DNA from: a virus
Taxonomy: Duplodnaviria > Caudoviricetes
Virus record (IMG/VR): IMGVR_UViG_3300011616_000006
Coordinates: 32,001 to 96,000 of that record
Length of the DNA: 64,000 nucleotides
Reading direction: 5' to 3' (one strand)
The number at the start of each line of letters is the position of its first letter. The stretch's first letter is position 1. A program made the position numbers and the translations under genes. Shown piece after piece: positions 38,837-51,400 of the stretch. Under the pieces are notes generated by a model. The model was not told where the DNA came from and did not search any database. It worked only from the letters and a program-made list of their open reading frames with translations.

Positions 38837-39235
38837 CTATTCCCACTCCATAACCTCGCTGCGCTTTTTACGCCACGCACACATATCGGAAGATTTAAGC
38901 CGTCGTTTCCACTCTTCCCAGTTTGTTGGCCGAAATTCTTGCCATTGTAAATCTGCCAACACAATTGTTAATTCATCGCCAGCCTTGTCATCAACATTTA
39001 AAGGGGGCTTCCATAAATTGATTAAATATATTTCATAGAGATTCATATCCGCCTCGGTGGTCAGTTTGGTATACTCAATCAGAGAAACATTATGTATATC
39101 TATGGCTCGATGCATTGGTTTAGCAAACATGTGACCTCTAATTCGCGATTGCAATGGTTGCTTGGTTCTTCCCAGGTAAGCAATCCAGTCACCGTAATAA
39201 ATCCTATATAAGATAAATCCTTTTGGACTTGCCAT
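38837..39235 (-). CDS. GIY-YIG-like nuclease
   Basis: ILYRIY...YLGRT...R...H...E..LI....P.LN. Confidence 0.75.
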   Translation of the reverse strand: MASPKGFILYRIYYGDWIAYLGRTKQPLQSRIRGHMFAKPMHRAIDIHNVSLIEYTKLTTEADMNLYEIYLINLWKPPLNVDDKAGDELTIVLADLQWQEFRPTNWEEWKRRLKSSDMCAWRKKRSEVMEWE

Positions 39236-40683
39236 CAGTCACAGTCCTCCTCTAAAGCGTTGATCTTTCTTAAATACTCTTCTGTACTCATATTTTCTTC
39301 CTCTGGAACATCAAAGTCGAAATAGTACATTCGATTTAGTACTTGTTTCATTTCAGAATTGTATCCCTTCATCAATTCTGCTATTTCAATTAATGAATAT
39401 TCCTTATCAAAGAAATTATTTGACAGCCATTCATATGCTATTTTTAGTCTGTTACCAGCCCACTTTTCCATCTGTCACCTTGCTCTATCTCATATTTAAT
39501 GTAATTTGAATACATGTAACAACCATAAATTTCACACACATATTCACATCTTTCATCATCCCAGCAGCAAAACCTACAGCCATGACATTTATCTCCTATT
39601 AACGCTCTTCCACTCTTATTTTTATAGGGCATTTGGTTCTTCCAGGCTTTTTATCTTAGAGAGTTTATCATTACTCTTTTTAATCTGCTCGAATATTTCA
39701 TTTTGTTCAGCAACATAACGGCGTGTCACATCAGCACTATTTTCCGTCAAATCATCAATACGTTTCTTCAGTTGCCTAGTAGCCTTCTTCAGCAGCCCCT
39801 GTGTGATGGGAACAAATAGGCATCTGTCCTCAGTATGATGTTTTTCCATCTCAATCTTATCAGTTTCCGTATATATACCGGCATCTGGGAGGAAACATGT
39901 ATAACCATTGCGTTCAGGCCCCCACCAAGTATCAATTTTGTAATGTTTTGACCAATATTCGCTTTTTATAAAATAAAGAATCATCTCCACTCCCTTCATC
40001 ACTAAAATTCTATAACCCATACCGGAAATGCACCGCGCTCATCTTTGCCGCAATATGTATAGCAACCACTACTGCTATCGCCGTCATAACCACACCAGTC
40101 TGGTACGCGAATATAATATCTGCACCAACGTTCATATACATCATCAATAGTGACCGACTCTTCAATTCCTACTTCGGCAATCGCCAATGTGATAACTTCT
40201 TCCTTAGTAAATTTCTTGGCATGTGCTACAAATTCCCCAGAAGAACCACCAGTAAACTCCATATAATCAAACTTGCTCATCGTTCTATTCCTCTCTGCTG
40301 CCTCACATAATTAGCCGTACTCATAATAGCTTCATTGCAAGAACGTCCAGTACAACTATGCAGCCGACTCCATTCACAGAAGGAACACCGACAACACTCG
40401 CCGACAGATTTCAAATATTCTATATCAATAGTCAACTGGTCTTTTTCACTCAAATCAGCCACCTCTCCTATCATGAAATCTACCTTTTAACGCAGCCCTG
40501 TCCTCCGTCTCTTAAAACCAGGCAGATGTCGCTGATTGCTCCATCTCCGCCCCGTGGTTGCCGAGCCACGCAATCAACAACCAACGCAACTACATTTCCA
40601 TTTGTATCTATGTATTTGCAGATAATATTGTCATCCCCCATACCTTTTAACGCTCCTACTAACTCCCTGTTTGTAAAAATCAA
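39235..40683 (-). CDS. Run of six small hypothetical genes (39235-39471, 39444-39632, 39622-~39984, 40002-40280, 40277-~40453, 40480-40683)
   Basis: Tightly coupled ORFs with SDs; no family recognised. Confidence 0.65.
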
Positions 40684-41142
40684 CTATTTATTGCCCTCCC
40701 CATAAAAATCTCTGATATAGTCCATTGCCTTCCGCAATCCGTCTCTTCCTGTTTCTACCCGGTCACACTGTTCATACTTCCAAGGATGGATTTTGATGCT
40801 CAATTCTTTTTTATTTAATTCTTCATCAATAAATCCTATCACCGGCTTTCCATTTAAATATGCATACAATATTTCGTCATTTGTTCCAATTGACTGCCGG
40901 ACATTATTTAAGTTGACCAGAATAACATCTGCCGACTGAACTTTTCTCAGATCAAATCTCATTACTTCTTTTTCTGTTTTATGATAGTTCTTACCATACT
41001 CATAAAAATCTGTAGGAGAAATAACCACAAATCCATCATCAATGAAGTTAAAATATTCCTTCACTTTATTACGCCATCCCTCCGCAATAGTTGTTCCTTC
41101 ATGCATTTCCATAGCCCCAGCAGTATAAATAATTTTACTCAT
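40684..41142 (-). CDS. Nucleoside 2-deoxyribosyltransferase-like / nucleotide N-hydrolase
   Basis: IYTAG...WR...D...V..ADVILV...SIGT..EI..A...GKPV. Confidence 0.75.
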   Translation of the reverse strand: MSKIIYTAGAMEMHEGTTIAEGWRNKVKEYFNFIDDGFVVISPTDFYEYGKNYHKTEKEVMRFDLRKVQSADVILVNLNNVRQSIGTNDEILYAYLNGKPVIGFIDEELNKKELSIKIHPWKYEQCDRVETGRDGLRKAMDYIRDFYGEGNK

Positions 41143-41702
41143 TTTACATTCTCCTTTATAAGTGTAATAATCTTTTCAACCACCTGATCAATATCACTGC
41201 CAACATTGTTATAGACAATCTTATCAGCCACTAATTCAAACCCCTTAAAATCTATTTTGTCAGCATCAAATCTACGTTTGGCTTCTTTTTGATCATCGCA
41301 TCTCATCTTCTGGCGTTTTATAACAGTCTTATCATTTGAAAATAGATAAATGACAAAGATATTATCATCGCAATTCCTTTTAAGATTACTTACACCCTCT
41401 GGTGTAAGAATCGTAATTGTATTATTGCTGGCGTTTTTAATATCATCTGCTGCTGAACCATAAAACCAATCTTCACTCTGACCATTGACTTCAGTGTGGT
41501 AAACTCTATGTTCTGCAAAGAACCCCTCATTGATCTTATCTTTAAATTCTTCTGCAGATATAAAATGGTATTCAATATCCTGCGTCTCTCCCGACCGCAT
41601 TGGTCGGGATGTATAGGTTACTAATTTCTGAAATCCACGCTTCACCAATTCTCTTTGTACTGTATCCTTGCCTGTACACGAGCGTCCCGACAGAACAATC
41701 AT
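41139..41702 (-). CDS. Guanylate kinase-like NMP kinase
   Basis: GRSCTGKD, TYTSRPMRSGE...YHF. Confidence 0.88.
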   Translation of the reverse strand: MIVLSGRSCTGKDTVQRELVKRGFQKLVTYTSRPMRSGETQDIEYHFISAEEFKDKINEGFFAEHRVYHTEVNGQSEDWFYGSAADDIKNASNNTITILTPEGVSNLKRNCDDNIFVIYLFSNDKTVIKRQKMRCDDQKEAKRRFDADKIDFKGFELVADKIVYNNVGSDIDQVVEKIITLIKENVK

Positions 41703-42329
41703 CTATCTACCTCCCTCAGCAATGATCAGTTCATCGGCATATGGCAATGTATAAATCCAGTCACAGAATTCGTGCCATTCAGCCAATTTGTGGTTATTCC
41801 TGGCATAATAAATGTTGACCAGTGTTTCATAGTTGAAGGAACAAGTTCTCATCTGATTGTAGCTGGAGGGAAGAAGCTGAATCATGTCGTACCAGTCTTC
41901 TTTGCTCTTACATTCCATATAACGAAGCCGAATCTCTTCCAGTTTATCTACAACTGTCTGCATAAATGCTTCGGCCGCCGGTGTCATATGATCTGTACTG
42001 AAGTCTTGAATTTCAATCGGCTTGCTGTGAATCTTATGCATAGTACTGGTCGAATTGGCAACTGTAGCGATCTTATATGTTTCATATTCTTTCCACCAAT
42101 ACAGAGGGGCTGTAATATCCACTGACACAAAGATCTGTCGCATAAACTTCCTATGATCACTTCCGGCCTTTCTGAGACGTTTAGCCAGATCCAGATCATT
42201 CGCACCTAAAATGTAATTCCCATTAGTATCATAATAACTATCACTCTTGTTCCAACTATTCATGGGGTTCCTTGCCCCACGAATAGCATTTTCCAGATTC
42301 ATTACAGATGTTCTTTCAAGTTTAATCAA
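41703..42329 (-). CDS. ThyX-like protein (divergent)
   Basis: H.KF.R.I...DI.APL.WW...NS.S; LLP.SY...R....NY..L...Y..R..H; canonical RHR motif absent. Confidence 0.55.
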   Translation of the reverse strand: MIKLERTSVMNLENAIRGARNPMNSWNKSDSYYDTNGNYILGANDLDLAKRLRKAGSDHRKFMRQIFVSVDITAPLYWWKEYETYKIATVANSTSTMHKIHSKPIEIQDFSTDHMTPAAEAFMQTVVDKLEEIRLRYMECKSKEDWYDMIQLLPSSYNQMRTCSFNYETLVNIYYARNNHKLAEWHEFCDWIYTLPYADELIIAEGGR

Positions 42330-42340
42330 TTATTTTTCTC

Positions 42341-42577
42341 CTATTCTACAATCCAATATTTACAATTCATGACGAACTGATCTCTCACCCTGTCATCGTC
42401 GGTATGTAAAACCACTTCGACCAGATTTGATAAATCAAGGCTCATCATCCCTAGTATGGATGACCCATCTACACAAAATTTCCGGTCAATCGAGTGCACT
42501 TCAACAGTCTCATCTAATTTAGATGCGATTCTACAAAAGTCCTGAACATCAGACACACTATTAAATTTTAGTTTCAT
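42341..42577 (-). CDS. HPr-like protein lacking His15
   Basis: VDGSSILGMMSL Ser46 motif. Confidence 0.8.
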   Translation of the reverse strand: MKLKFNSVSDVQDFCRIASKLDETVEVHSIDRKFCVDGSSILGMMSLDLSNLVEVVLHTDDDRVRDQFVMNCKYWIVE

Positions 42578-42595
42578 GGATTCTCCTTGCAAGAA

Positions 42596-43907
42596 TTATT
42601 TATTTTCGAGATCTTTCAGATTTAATCTTTCAACCAATTCACTATACTTTTTCATTTCTTCCATATTCAAACTTTTTTCGCAAAAGTCATGAATTTCTTT
42701 TACCGACTTCCCTTCTTTGCACATGTCTAATACAAAACCCAAGATTCCAACTGCTCCTTGCGTAAAATGTGCGAACTTGCCATCTTCAATAGCTCTCTTT
42801 GCCGTACCAACAACGATATCATTCAATTGTTTCTGTCTTGTCTTTTTATTTTTTAAATATCCCAAATTCATTCCTCCTCTTTCTTAAAATCATTCTTTCA
42901 TTTGGTTTGATACTATATCAGCTGAGAGCAGTTCTTGCTTACAATATTCAAGAAACTCATCTGCCCACATTTTTTTCTTCAATGTATCGAAAATGTACAT
43001 CGTTTCGTACCCTTTTACTATGTGTTGAAAATCGGGATTCTTCTCGTCCAACCACTCACAACTGTCCCAATTCCAAAATGAGTCAATTACATAATCGAAC
43101 TCTGTCCGATATCTCCGTTTATAAATTTCCACTGCCTCATTCAATGAAGTTGCCAATATAAGGCGCTCATACCTTTTGTTATCTACAACGACACGACGCT
43201 GCCTTTTGCGGGAGCGTTCGTACCATTTTTCTTTTGGAGCATTCCCGATTGCATTAAAACTTTGCTCTACATAGACTAAATATATCTTCTTTTTCATAGT
43301 CATCCTCTCGAATATTTCAATTAGCCTAACCATATTGTACATTTCTAAACTGTTAACCCAAATGCACTAATACTCATGGAATCGACCTTGCCGTCAGTTG
43401 ATTTAGTCTCCTCCTCTGTTCCTCCATAATATAGGAGACCATGCATTGTGGCATAAAGGAATTCATCATCTTCAGCCATTAATGCATTACCTATAACAGC
43501 TCCAACCACTTCAGACTTTCCATTCTTATAAATTACAATAGGCTTTCCTGCGACATCCTTATAGGCTTCAATAACCGCTTGCTTTTCATATGTAATCCCA
43601 TTGTGGTCTGGTTTGCCAATAGGTATTGGTATTTTCATCGTAATTTCAATATTTTTGCTCCTCATAAATCTCCTTTGAATGATTTATTTTATACGCTCAC
43701 CACCGAATGTAAAGTTTGCTTTACATTTTATTTAAACTCCCAGTTTTTTAGTTCTTCGCAAAACCTGCGAAATGCCTGACTAGAACCAAGCTGCTCTCTT
43801 AGAGATTCAGTAACCCCAAAACCAGCACAAGTGAACTCAAACATTTGTCTATAAAACTCGTCTTCCTTATCTGAAACATCTTCAACCACTTTACTCGATG
43901 GCTCCAT
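42596..43907 (-). CDS. Four hypothetical genes (42596-42871, 42890-~43300, 43345-43665, 43728-43907)
   Basis: ORFs with SDs; the last was translated manually. Confidence 0.65.
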
Positions 43908-43943
43908 CTTATTAATGGCCCCTTTCTGATTGAAATTCGTCTT

Positions 43944-44633
43944 TCAAGCCCACTGATTCGCAATAGCCTTTGCGACTCCTATATATGTTTTGCTACGAAT
44001 CTTTGCCGTTTCTGGGGAGTTCCACGCCAGAACTTTCCCTTTATCATTTTTTGTATTAAACCCTTTGTATTTTCCATCTTTTATGTATTGATTTTTCCAC
44101 CCATCTTTCGGCTTTTCAACAACTTTTGTAGGTGTCAGCAGCGGTAGATTCTTCAACCACAAACATGTTGACTTTGTCTCTTCATGCCCAAACATCCACG
44201 GCTGAATTATTTGGTCTGGCTTACGATAAACTGTTGACATCACCCCTACGGGATTTTCAATCGCTATTCTCTCACAATCCGCATTGACGAATGAATTGAA
44301 GAATTCAATTGCCTCTTCTCTGTCTTTATGTCGCTGAATAGCTGCATCTCCATATCGATCAATATTGAACCAACGATTACCTGCGACTGTAAGATATGTA
44401 CAAGGTGGAAATGCAATAAGAATATCCCATTTTCCGTTTATTGTATGATTTTTACCATCAACTGTAGTGAACTGACAATTGCCATTCAGCAGAGGTAAAA
44501 CATTGGTTTGAATGTGCCACTCTGGGTAGCCACCAGAACATTGCTCCAAATCGCAAGAATATGCTTCATGCCCCAGACTTCTTAGCTCTTTTGTTACAGC
44601 TTGACTCTCTTCACATGCAACTAAAATCTTCAA
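43944..44633 (-). CDS. Short C5 DNA methyltransferase-like protein
   Basis: ILVACEES, AFPPCTYL, IENPVG, QPWMFGH, RSKTY.GVA.A.A.QW. Confidence 0.75.
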   Translation of the reverse strand: MKILVACEESQAVTKELRSLGHEAYSCDLEQCSGGYPEWHIQTNVLPLLNGNCQFTTVDGKNHTINGKWDILIAFPPCTYLTVAGNRWFNIDRYGDAAIQRHKDREEAIEFFNSFVNADCERIAIENPVGVMSTVYRKPDQIIQPWMFGHEETKSTCLWLKNLPLLTPTKVVEKPKDGWKNQYIKDGKYKGFNTKNDKGKVLAWNSPETAKIRSKTYIGVAKAIANQWA

Positions 44634-44642
44634 TTTATTACC

Positions 44643-44691
44643 AGGAGTAAAGAACGTTCTTTTGTTGTCCGGACAAAACCTCTTTATCCCT
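44643..44691 (-). promoter_or_regulatory. Leader hairpin with palindromic apex, copy A
   Basis: AGGGATAAAGA...TTGTCCGGACAA...TCTTTACTCCT. Confidence 0.65.
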
Positions 44692-44727
44692 TCTTTTAAT
44701 CAGAATCCATTATTTATAAAATCAACT

Positions 44728-45952
44728 TCACTTCGTATATACTCTCTGCATCAATTCTTCCCGTCGCGAAATGGGTTTCCCGCATACTTGACAGATTCGT
44801 TTGCTTTTACGACATGTGCCGCACAAATCAGCCCCATTTACGTAATTAAATACTTCTATTCCGCAGTATTTACATTTGATTAGTTTTATACCCTTTGCAA
44901 TAGGACAACACACATGGACTGCTACAACTATCACCTCCGTCTTTTCAATCAAACAAAAGTCGCATTTTATTTAACCTTTACTTCCGCATTCCCAAATAAC
45001 AAGTTGCTCCACACGCAGGGCATTTAATGTGTTTTGAGCCATTACCTTTTGCTTTCAAATTTTGTTTTATGTCACAATTAGAATACTGCAAAAGCGATTT
45101 ACATTCCTGACATTCAATCTTGCGATTAATCATACTACCCAATTCTAATACTGTAACCATTATTCCCTCCAAATCAAATCTCTATTTCATATATGTCCAA
45201 CAATCTTGTGTCCGTTAAACTTAGTGTTACATCGAGGGCATTTCTTATAAATCGTAACGTTAAAACAATCTTCTTCTGGTAAAAAGCTTTTCAACTCAAG
45301 AATGAGCCCACAATATTCACACATTGAGCTTATTGCCGAGCAATCATCATTTTTGGGATATGTCCACACCAATTATCTGTACTACACTTTCTATAGTTGG
45401 TTGAGAATCAATTAGTTCTAAACTAACCCCAAATGGTTTATCCCAATTTGTAATATCTGCTTCTCTCTTTAATGCATCCGCGTCAATCAGTCTTCCCATT
45501 ACAAATCCCTTCTCATATTGTTTTTCAATTATCATAACCATCTTCTTTGAGTGTCATAACAATCTTCTCGATCTCATTCATCACCTCAAGAAGCTGTGAT
45601 TTATTCATACAACACAAACTGACCGTGTCCGGAATCGCCATGGTGTATGCTCCAACTTCTTTAGCAATCACATCAATCTTTTTATAGTGGTCGATCAATT
45701 CCCGGCAGCTGACATTTTCACTATAAGATAAAACGACAATATCATTTGGCTTTGGCTGTAAAATACTCAAATCAACATCATTCATCTTTGCTCCTTCTTT
45801 AACTCATCATATTGTACTTCCAATTCCTGAACCTTTTTACTATGTAGAGCTTTCACTTTTATTGCTACTTCATTACCACAGTATTCAGCTATTATTTTCA
45901 CCATATCATCGAAGGTTCGCACCGGCCACCACTGACCATTTATGTAGATAAT
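44728..45952 (-). CDS. Six small genes, several zinc-ribbon (44728-44952, 44978-45160, 45187-45372, 45347-~45500, 45525-45785, 45782-45952)
   Basis: CxxC pairs; RLIDADAL motif in one; starts uncertain. Confidence 0.6.
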
Positions 45953-45985
45953 ACATAATCACCCCCTTTGAAAGTGCTGTTTCAT

Positions 45986-47929
45986 TTACATCATTTCCAG
46001 TAATTGTGCTTCTGAAATAATTGGTACTCCTAACTCTTTTGCTTTTTTATTCTTGCCAGTAGTTGATGTAATGTCGTTGTTTACTAAATAAGATGTTTTG
46101 GCCGACACGGAACCACTCACTTTACCACCAAGAACCTCAATCTTCGATTTGGCTTCATCCCGATTTTCAAAGCTATCCAACTTACCCGTAATAACGAAAG
46201 TCATCCCATCCAACGTTGTTCCCTTTGCCATCTGCACATTTTCAAATTCGAATATATCCATCAAATTAGGAAGCCAGGTGTGATTGCGCTGGAGATAAGT
46301 CCACATTGAATTCTGCATTGACGTTCCAAAATCTGATAAAGTTGAGAAATCAAAACCGCTACACCATGAATCATAAAATTTCACTTCATTCTCAAAGGAA
46401 CTGGCAATCGCTTTGCTGGCGGATCGCCCAATAAGAGGAATTGATAACGAATAAATAAATCTGTCCAAAGTAGTGTTCTTACTCATCATTAAACTCTCCA
46501 GCAATTTTTCAACTGAACGTTTTCCAAATCGATCACTTCTACTCCATTCATCTTTATATTGATCAAGGTTGTATAAATCGATAAATGATTTCACCCATCC
46601 CCGGTCAACCAGAAATTCTATCGTGGCCTCACTCATTCCATCAATATTCAGAGCATTCTTAGAACAGAAATGAGTTAGTTTGCCAACTAATTTTCCTTTG
46701 CAGAATTCATTTGTGCAGTGTAACACTTCTGTATCTATATCTTTTTCCACTTTAGTTGCCTCACTGCACACTGGACATACGCCAGGGATGCGAACCGCAT
46801 TACTTCTGGTGTTATTTTCCTTCACCTGCGGTATGATCTGATTTGCCTTATAGACCGATATCTCATCTCCAATGCCTAATTCCAACTCTTTGAGAATGCT
46901 CACATTATGAAGGGATGCTCGGCTTACATCTGTTCCATCGATATTCACTGTGTCAAAAATTGCAACTGGTGTAAGAGATCCGGTCTTCCCCATTGACCAT
47001 TCAATGTCTCGCAACGTAGTTAGATGTTCTTCATCGTAAAATTTGAACGCCAATGAATGTCTTGGATGATGTCCTGTAGACCCAAGCGATTGACCATAAA
47101 TCATATCGTCATACGAAATAACCAAACCATCAATTGGATAACCTCTGTCTTTGGCCTCATCTTTCAGTGATTCAATCAGTCTTGTTATTTGCTGAACATC
47201 ATCGAATGGACATGAAATAAAGGGAACAACATCAAATCCCAATTTTTCTAAAGCATCGAGATTGGTACTCATCTGTCTTCCAAAATTCTTAGCCGGAACC
47301 TTCCAAGCAATACACCGAATCTTTCTTTCAGCAGCTACACGGTTATCAAGCTGCCTGACAGAACCGCTGACAAGATTTCTCGGATTCTTATATTTTTCTT
47401 CATCGGTTAAAGCCTCATTAATCACTGCAAAATCCTCATATGTAATGATTGCTTCTGCTTCAATCTCCAGCCGTTCATTATATCCGATCACAAGGGGTAT
47501 ATTAATAAATTCTCTGGCGTTGTGAGTAACCAGTTCTCCAACTTCTCCGTTTCCTCTAGTCTCAGCTTGAATTAATCTACCGCCATCATATGTCAAGAGA
47601 ATAGTTAACCCATCAAGTTTATGCATTAGCAAGCATGGTTCAGATGCTGCAAGCTTAAGCAAGTCATCAACCGACTTCGTTTTACTCAGGCTGAGAAGTG
47701 GGTGACTATGCTTCACTTTCTCCAATTTTGATACAACTTCATATCCTACAGTTTGAGTAGGGGAACCTGAAATAATAATCCCTGTCTCCCTCTCAAGTTC
47801 CTCTAACTGGTTAAATAGTATATCATACGTTTCGTCTGAAATAACTGAATTTGAGTTATTGTAATACTCATTGCGATAATAATTCAGTTTTCTTACTAGC
47901 CCCTTCATCTCGTTAATATCTTTTACCAT
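45986..47929 (-). CDS. ligA: NAD-dependent DNA ligase
   Basis: HPLLSL.K, KLDG, TRGNG, NPRN, zinc finger, BRCT. Confidence 0.96.
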   Translation of the reverse strand: MVKDINEMKGLVRKLNYYRNEYYNNSNSVISDETYDILFNQLEELERETGIIISGSPTQTVGYEVVSKLEKVKHSHPLLSLSKTKSVDDLLKLAASEPCLLMHKLDGLTILLTYDGGRLIQAETRGNGEVGELVTHNAREFINIPLVIGYNERLEIEAEAIITYEDFAVINEALTDEEKYKNPRNLVSGSVRQLDNRVAAERKIRCIAWKVPAKNFGRQMSTNLDALEKLGFDVVPFISCPFDDVQQITRLIESLKDEAKDRGYPIDGLVISYDDMIYGQSLGSTGHHPRHSLAFKFYDEEHLTTLRDIEWSMGKTGSLTPVAIFDTVNIDGTDVSRASLHNVSILKELELGIGDEISVYKANQIIPQVKENNTRSNAVRIPGVCPVCSEATKVEKDIDTEVLHCTNEFCKGKLVGKLTHFCSKNALNIDGMSEATIEFLVDRGWVKSFIDLYNLDQYKDEWSRSDRFGKRSVEKLLESLMMSKNTTLDRFIYSLSIPLIGRSASKAIASSFENEVKFYDSWCSGFDFSTLSDFGTSMQNSMWTYLQRNHTWLPNLMDIFEFENVQMAKGTTLDGMTFVITGKLDSFENRDEAKSKIEVLGGKVSGSVSAKTSYLVNNDITSTTGKNKKAKELGVPIISEAQLLEMM

Positions 47930-47930
47930 T

Positions 47931-48479
47931 CTACACACATCCCTTCATTAATTTGGACATCAATACGCCATGACATACCTCATATATCATCTGGCCCATA
48001 TTTTCTTTTTTCACAAAATTCATATGAAAATTTGAAATTCTTTGCACCCCCAGAATCCTTCTTAAAAAAGCCACTTCATTATACTCAGATTGATAATTGT
48101 GTGTGATAATATCATCAATCTGACAATCTTCAATAAAGAGATAACAGTTTTGTATATTAATCATTCTGTTCAATTCCTTAAAAAATCGTTCATCGTGGGC
48201 CTTGATATTTCCAGCTATTTCATCCAATCCGTTTTTTCGTTCTATGCACAATTCATCTGTAAAATATGTATCCACCAAAAAGCCCAGTTCTGGACATCTC
48301 TCTATCATGAAACAATAATCACCCGTTTTCAGTTTTCGTTTCTTACAACGAATACTTTTCTTATCAAAATACTCAAGTATATGCTGATTGGATTTTTCTG
48401 CGCTATCATGAATAATGACCATATGTTTAAGTAATTCCTTTAGTTGTTTTTCAGTATAATAATTCTTGATCTTCTTCAT
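47931..48479 (-). CDS. ERCC4-domain nuclease
   Basis: HDSAE...LKTGDY...IERK. Confidence 0.88.
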   Translation of the reverse strand: MKKIKNYYTEKQLKELLKHMVIIHDSAEKSNQHILEYFDKKSIRCKKRKLKTGDYCFMIERCPELGFLVDTYFTDELCIERKNGLDEIAGNIKAHDERFFKELNRMINIQNCYLFIEDCQIDDIITHNYQSEYNEVAFLRRILGVQRISNFHMNFVKKENMGQMIYEVCHGVLMSKLMKGCV

Positions 48480-51400
48480 TCTCCGTTCTTTTTACTTTAT
48501 ATTTCTGCAACCAAAACTCAAACTTATCTGGAACATCTGCATAAATCTTCTTCCCAGTCTGTGGATTTATCTCCCCCGTAGGCTCTTTTTTATGTTTCTT
48601 TTCACATGATGAAATGATTAATATATCCATTTCTTCAAACGGATGTCGGTTGAATGCATTTGTCCACATTTTGAGATCCCTTGTTTTACCTGAATATATC
48701 TCATATAGTTTGATATTAGTTATGGATTTTAAAACCTCCAGCCCCGACACATAGTAAAGTAATTTACTTGCATTTGGCTCTGTAGTTGACAATATTCCGA
48801 GAATACGATGTTCATTATCCAGTTTATCTTTAAGAGACAGTGGCTTGTACTCAACCCCCTTGATCAGCTCCTCTAAAAGTCCAGTATTGTTTAATTGGTT
48901 GTAAAGAGTTTTTGTTTCATTTCCGTATTTTTTCACAATATCCTCTGCTATTCCGTTCTCTGTAATCTTCTTTTTCGACAGTTGTTTTGCCGCGATCAAC
49001 AGATCATAGTACTTTTTAGTGGCTAAAAGAGTATTGACATCACCAAAATTTTTAAAGTACTCAATCCTAATCAGGTCTTCAACTCTTGATGAATTTACTG
49101 AAGTACTTTCAATGGCGCTCAAAATTTCAACAAATGACGAATATTCGTATTTCCCAATCTCATATAATTCGCTTACAACTTTAATACCAAAATTTTTCAC
49201 ACTAGACAGACTTGGATAGATCACTTTAGCAGCCCTGTCAATAGTAACGCGCCTGTTGTCCTTTCCGAACTCATATCCGCCAAGCCTCACACTATAATGT
49301 TTAATGCATTCTTTAACAAGAGAATCGATCTTATCTTTTTTTCCTTTGTCTTGATAGTGATTGATTGCAACCTCATAAAATGTAAACGGATAATGCCCTT
49401 TCACCCAAGCTTGATAAGCACTGTCCCCGCCCATTGAATAAGCATGTGGTGAGTTAAACGCATAGAATGCAGAGTCTTCAATGATCTTCCAGACCGTCTC
49501 AAAGTTATTTACATTTCCGATTTCTTTTCTCCAGGATTTAATAAGCTCTTTCTTTAGCTCTGCCAGTTTCTCCGGATTATCCTTATATTCTTTCTTTGAT
49601 ATCGACTTGATCACACTATAAGTATTGTCCATCGCCATGCCAAGGAATGATAAAACTTTCATTATTGATTCTTGATATAACATAAAATGTGCTGTATCTT
49701 TTAACAGCTCGTTGATACGATCTTCTCCTGTCGAATAAGGTTGTCTGTCCAGGAATATCTTTAAAGAAGATGCAAACCCTGGCCTAATCGCAGCAATAAA
49801 GGCAGATAGTTCGGCAAGTGACTTCGGCTTATATTTCATTACTTTGGGAATTGTTTTAATTTGTTCACACTGGTTTATACAGCAGGTTATTCCTTTCTCA
49901 TAAATATCCCAAGTCTTGTTATCTTCTTTAATCATTTCTTTCAGTTCCTCAAATGATGGAACCTCCATTCCTAAACTTTTAAAAAGTTTGTATGTAAGAT
50001 GAACACTGTCTACAATAAGGAAATCGTCTTTCAAATAACCAAATTTATCGAGATATTTGCCTTCTATACAGGCCACCAACGTACGTTCCTTTGTGGTTTC
50101 TGATATTGCAGTAATTAGGCCTATTTCTCTTCTAATATCTCCATCAAAAAGAATATAACCACACGGATGTTTTATAAGATTTATCACTATGCTTTGATAT
50201 TCTTTGCTTTCTTTGTATAAAGAAAGATATTCTTGAGGTATGAAATCATCTGCTACAATTAAATCTCTGGCATCCTCATCAGCATATTTTTTCGCTTTTT
50301 CAAATTCATCAAGATATTTTGAGATCTGCAGCGAATCATGTGCAGAAACATCATTTGCTCCGGCATAAAGCTGCCATGCCGACTTTTCTTTCAGTTTTCC
50401 AACCGCCATCAATGGATAACATCCATGTTCACCAAGCAATTTCTTGCCAGACTTTTCAAATGGTTCTTGCTCGGCAATATTGAGATCAATATCAGGCATT
50501 TGTCCAGCTAATACACGTTCTTTGGTTAAAAATCTTTCAGGATATATTGGTATATCAGAATTGAACCTGTCTACAGTTGTAAAACCAAGCAGCCTATTTG
50601 TGATAAATGAAGCAGAACTCCCTCTTGATGTTGTAGTTAATATTCCTCCTTCTTCAGTTATTGCATTATGTACTAATCTTTGATTTGTTAGGAAATAGTC
50701 AACCACACCTGATTCAGTTACTTGTTTCGCCTCATAACGGACACCATTGATTTTATCCTTGGATTTTAAAGGCTCTTTTCTGTATGCCTGGTTTAAAATG
50801 TTATGATAGAGCTTTACCCTTTCCCCATATGATTTATCCTTGTAAATATTGGGGATTTTAAATGATTTATCAAGCTTTATATCTTCACACTCATCAACAA
50901 AGACATTGGTATTCATGATCGCTGTTAAAATTTGTCTGTCAGATAACACGCCCTGTTCTTGGAACCGTCTTATCAAAGTTGTGGTGTCAGGATAATCCAT
51001 ATACCACCCAGCCTCTTCCGGATAAGATACTTTTTTGTATTTTAATATCTGGTCTCTCTTCACACGGCCTGATTCTCCAATATAATGACTATCTAATCCA
51101 GCAATTATTTGAATTCCATATTTTTCAGACATCTTGATAATTCTTTTATTTAGTTCTTTTTGTTTGCTGGTATTATTGGCTTGTAATTCAAGAAAAAAAT
51201 TGTCGCCAAAATATTTCCATACTTTCAACCAAATCTCTTCCGCATCATCATAATTCCATCCGGCTATACATGCGCTCGTAACAATTATATTGTCTCTAGG
51301 AATGTTTAGGAGAAGCTCTAAATCTATACGTGGACGATAATAATATCCATCAATATTTGCCATAGACAATATATAGTTGATATCCGCTCTCCCCGTTTTG

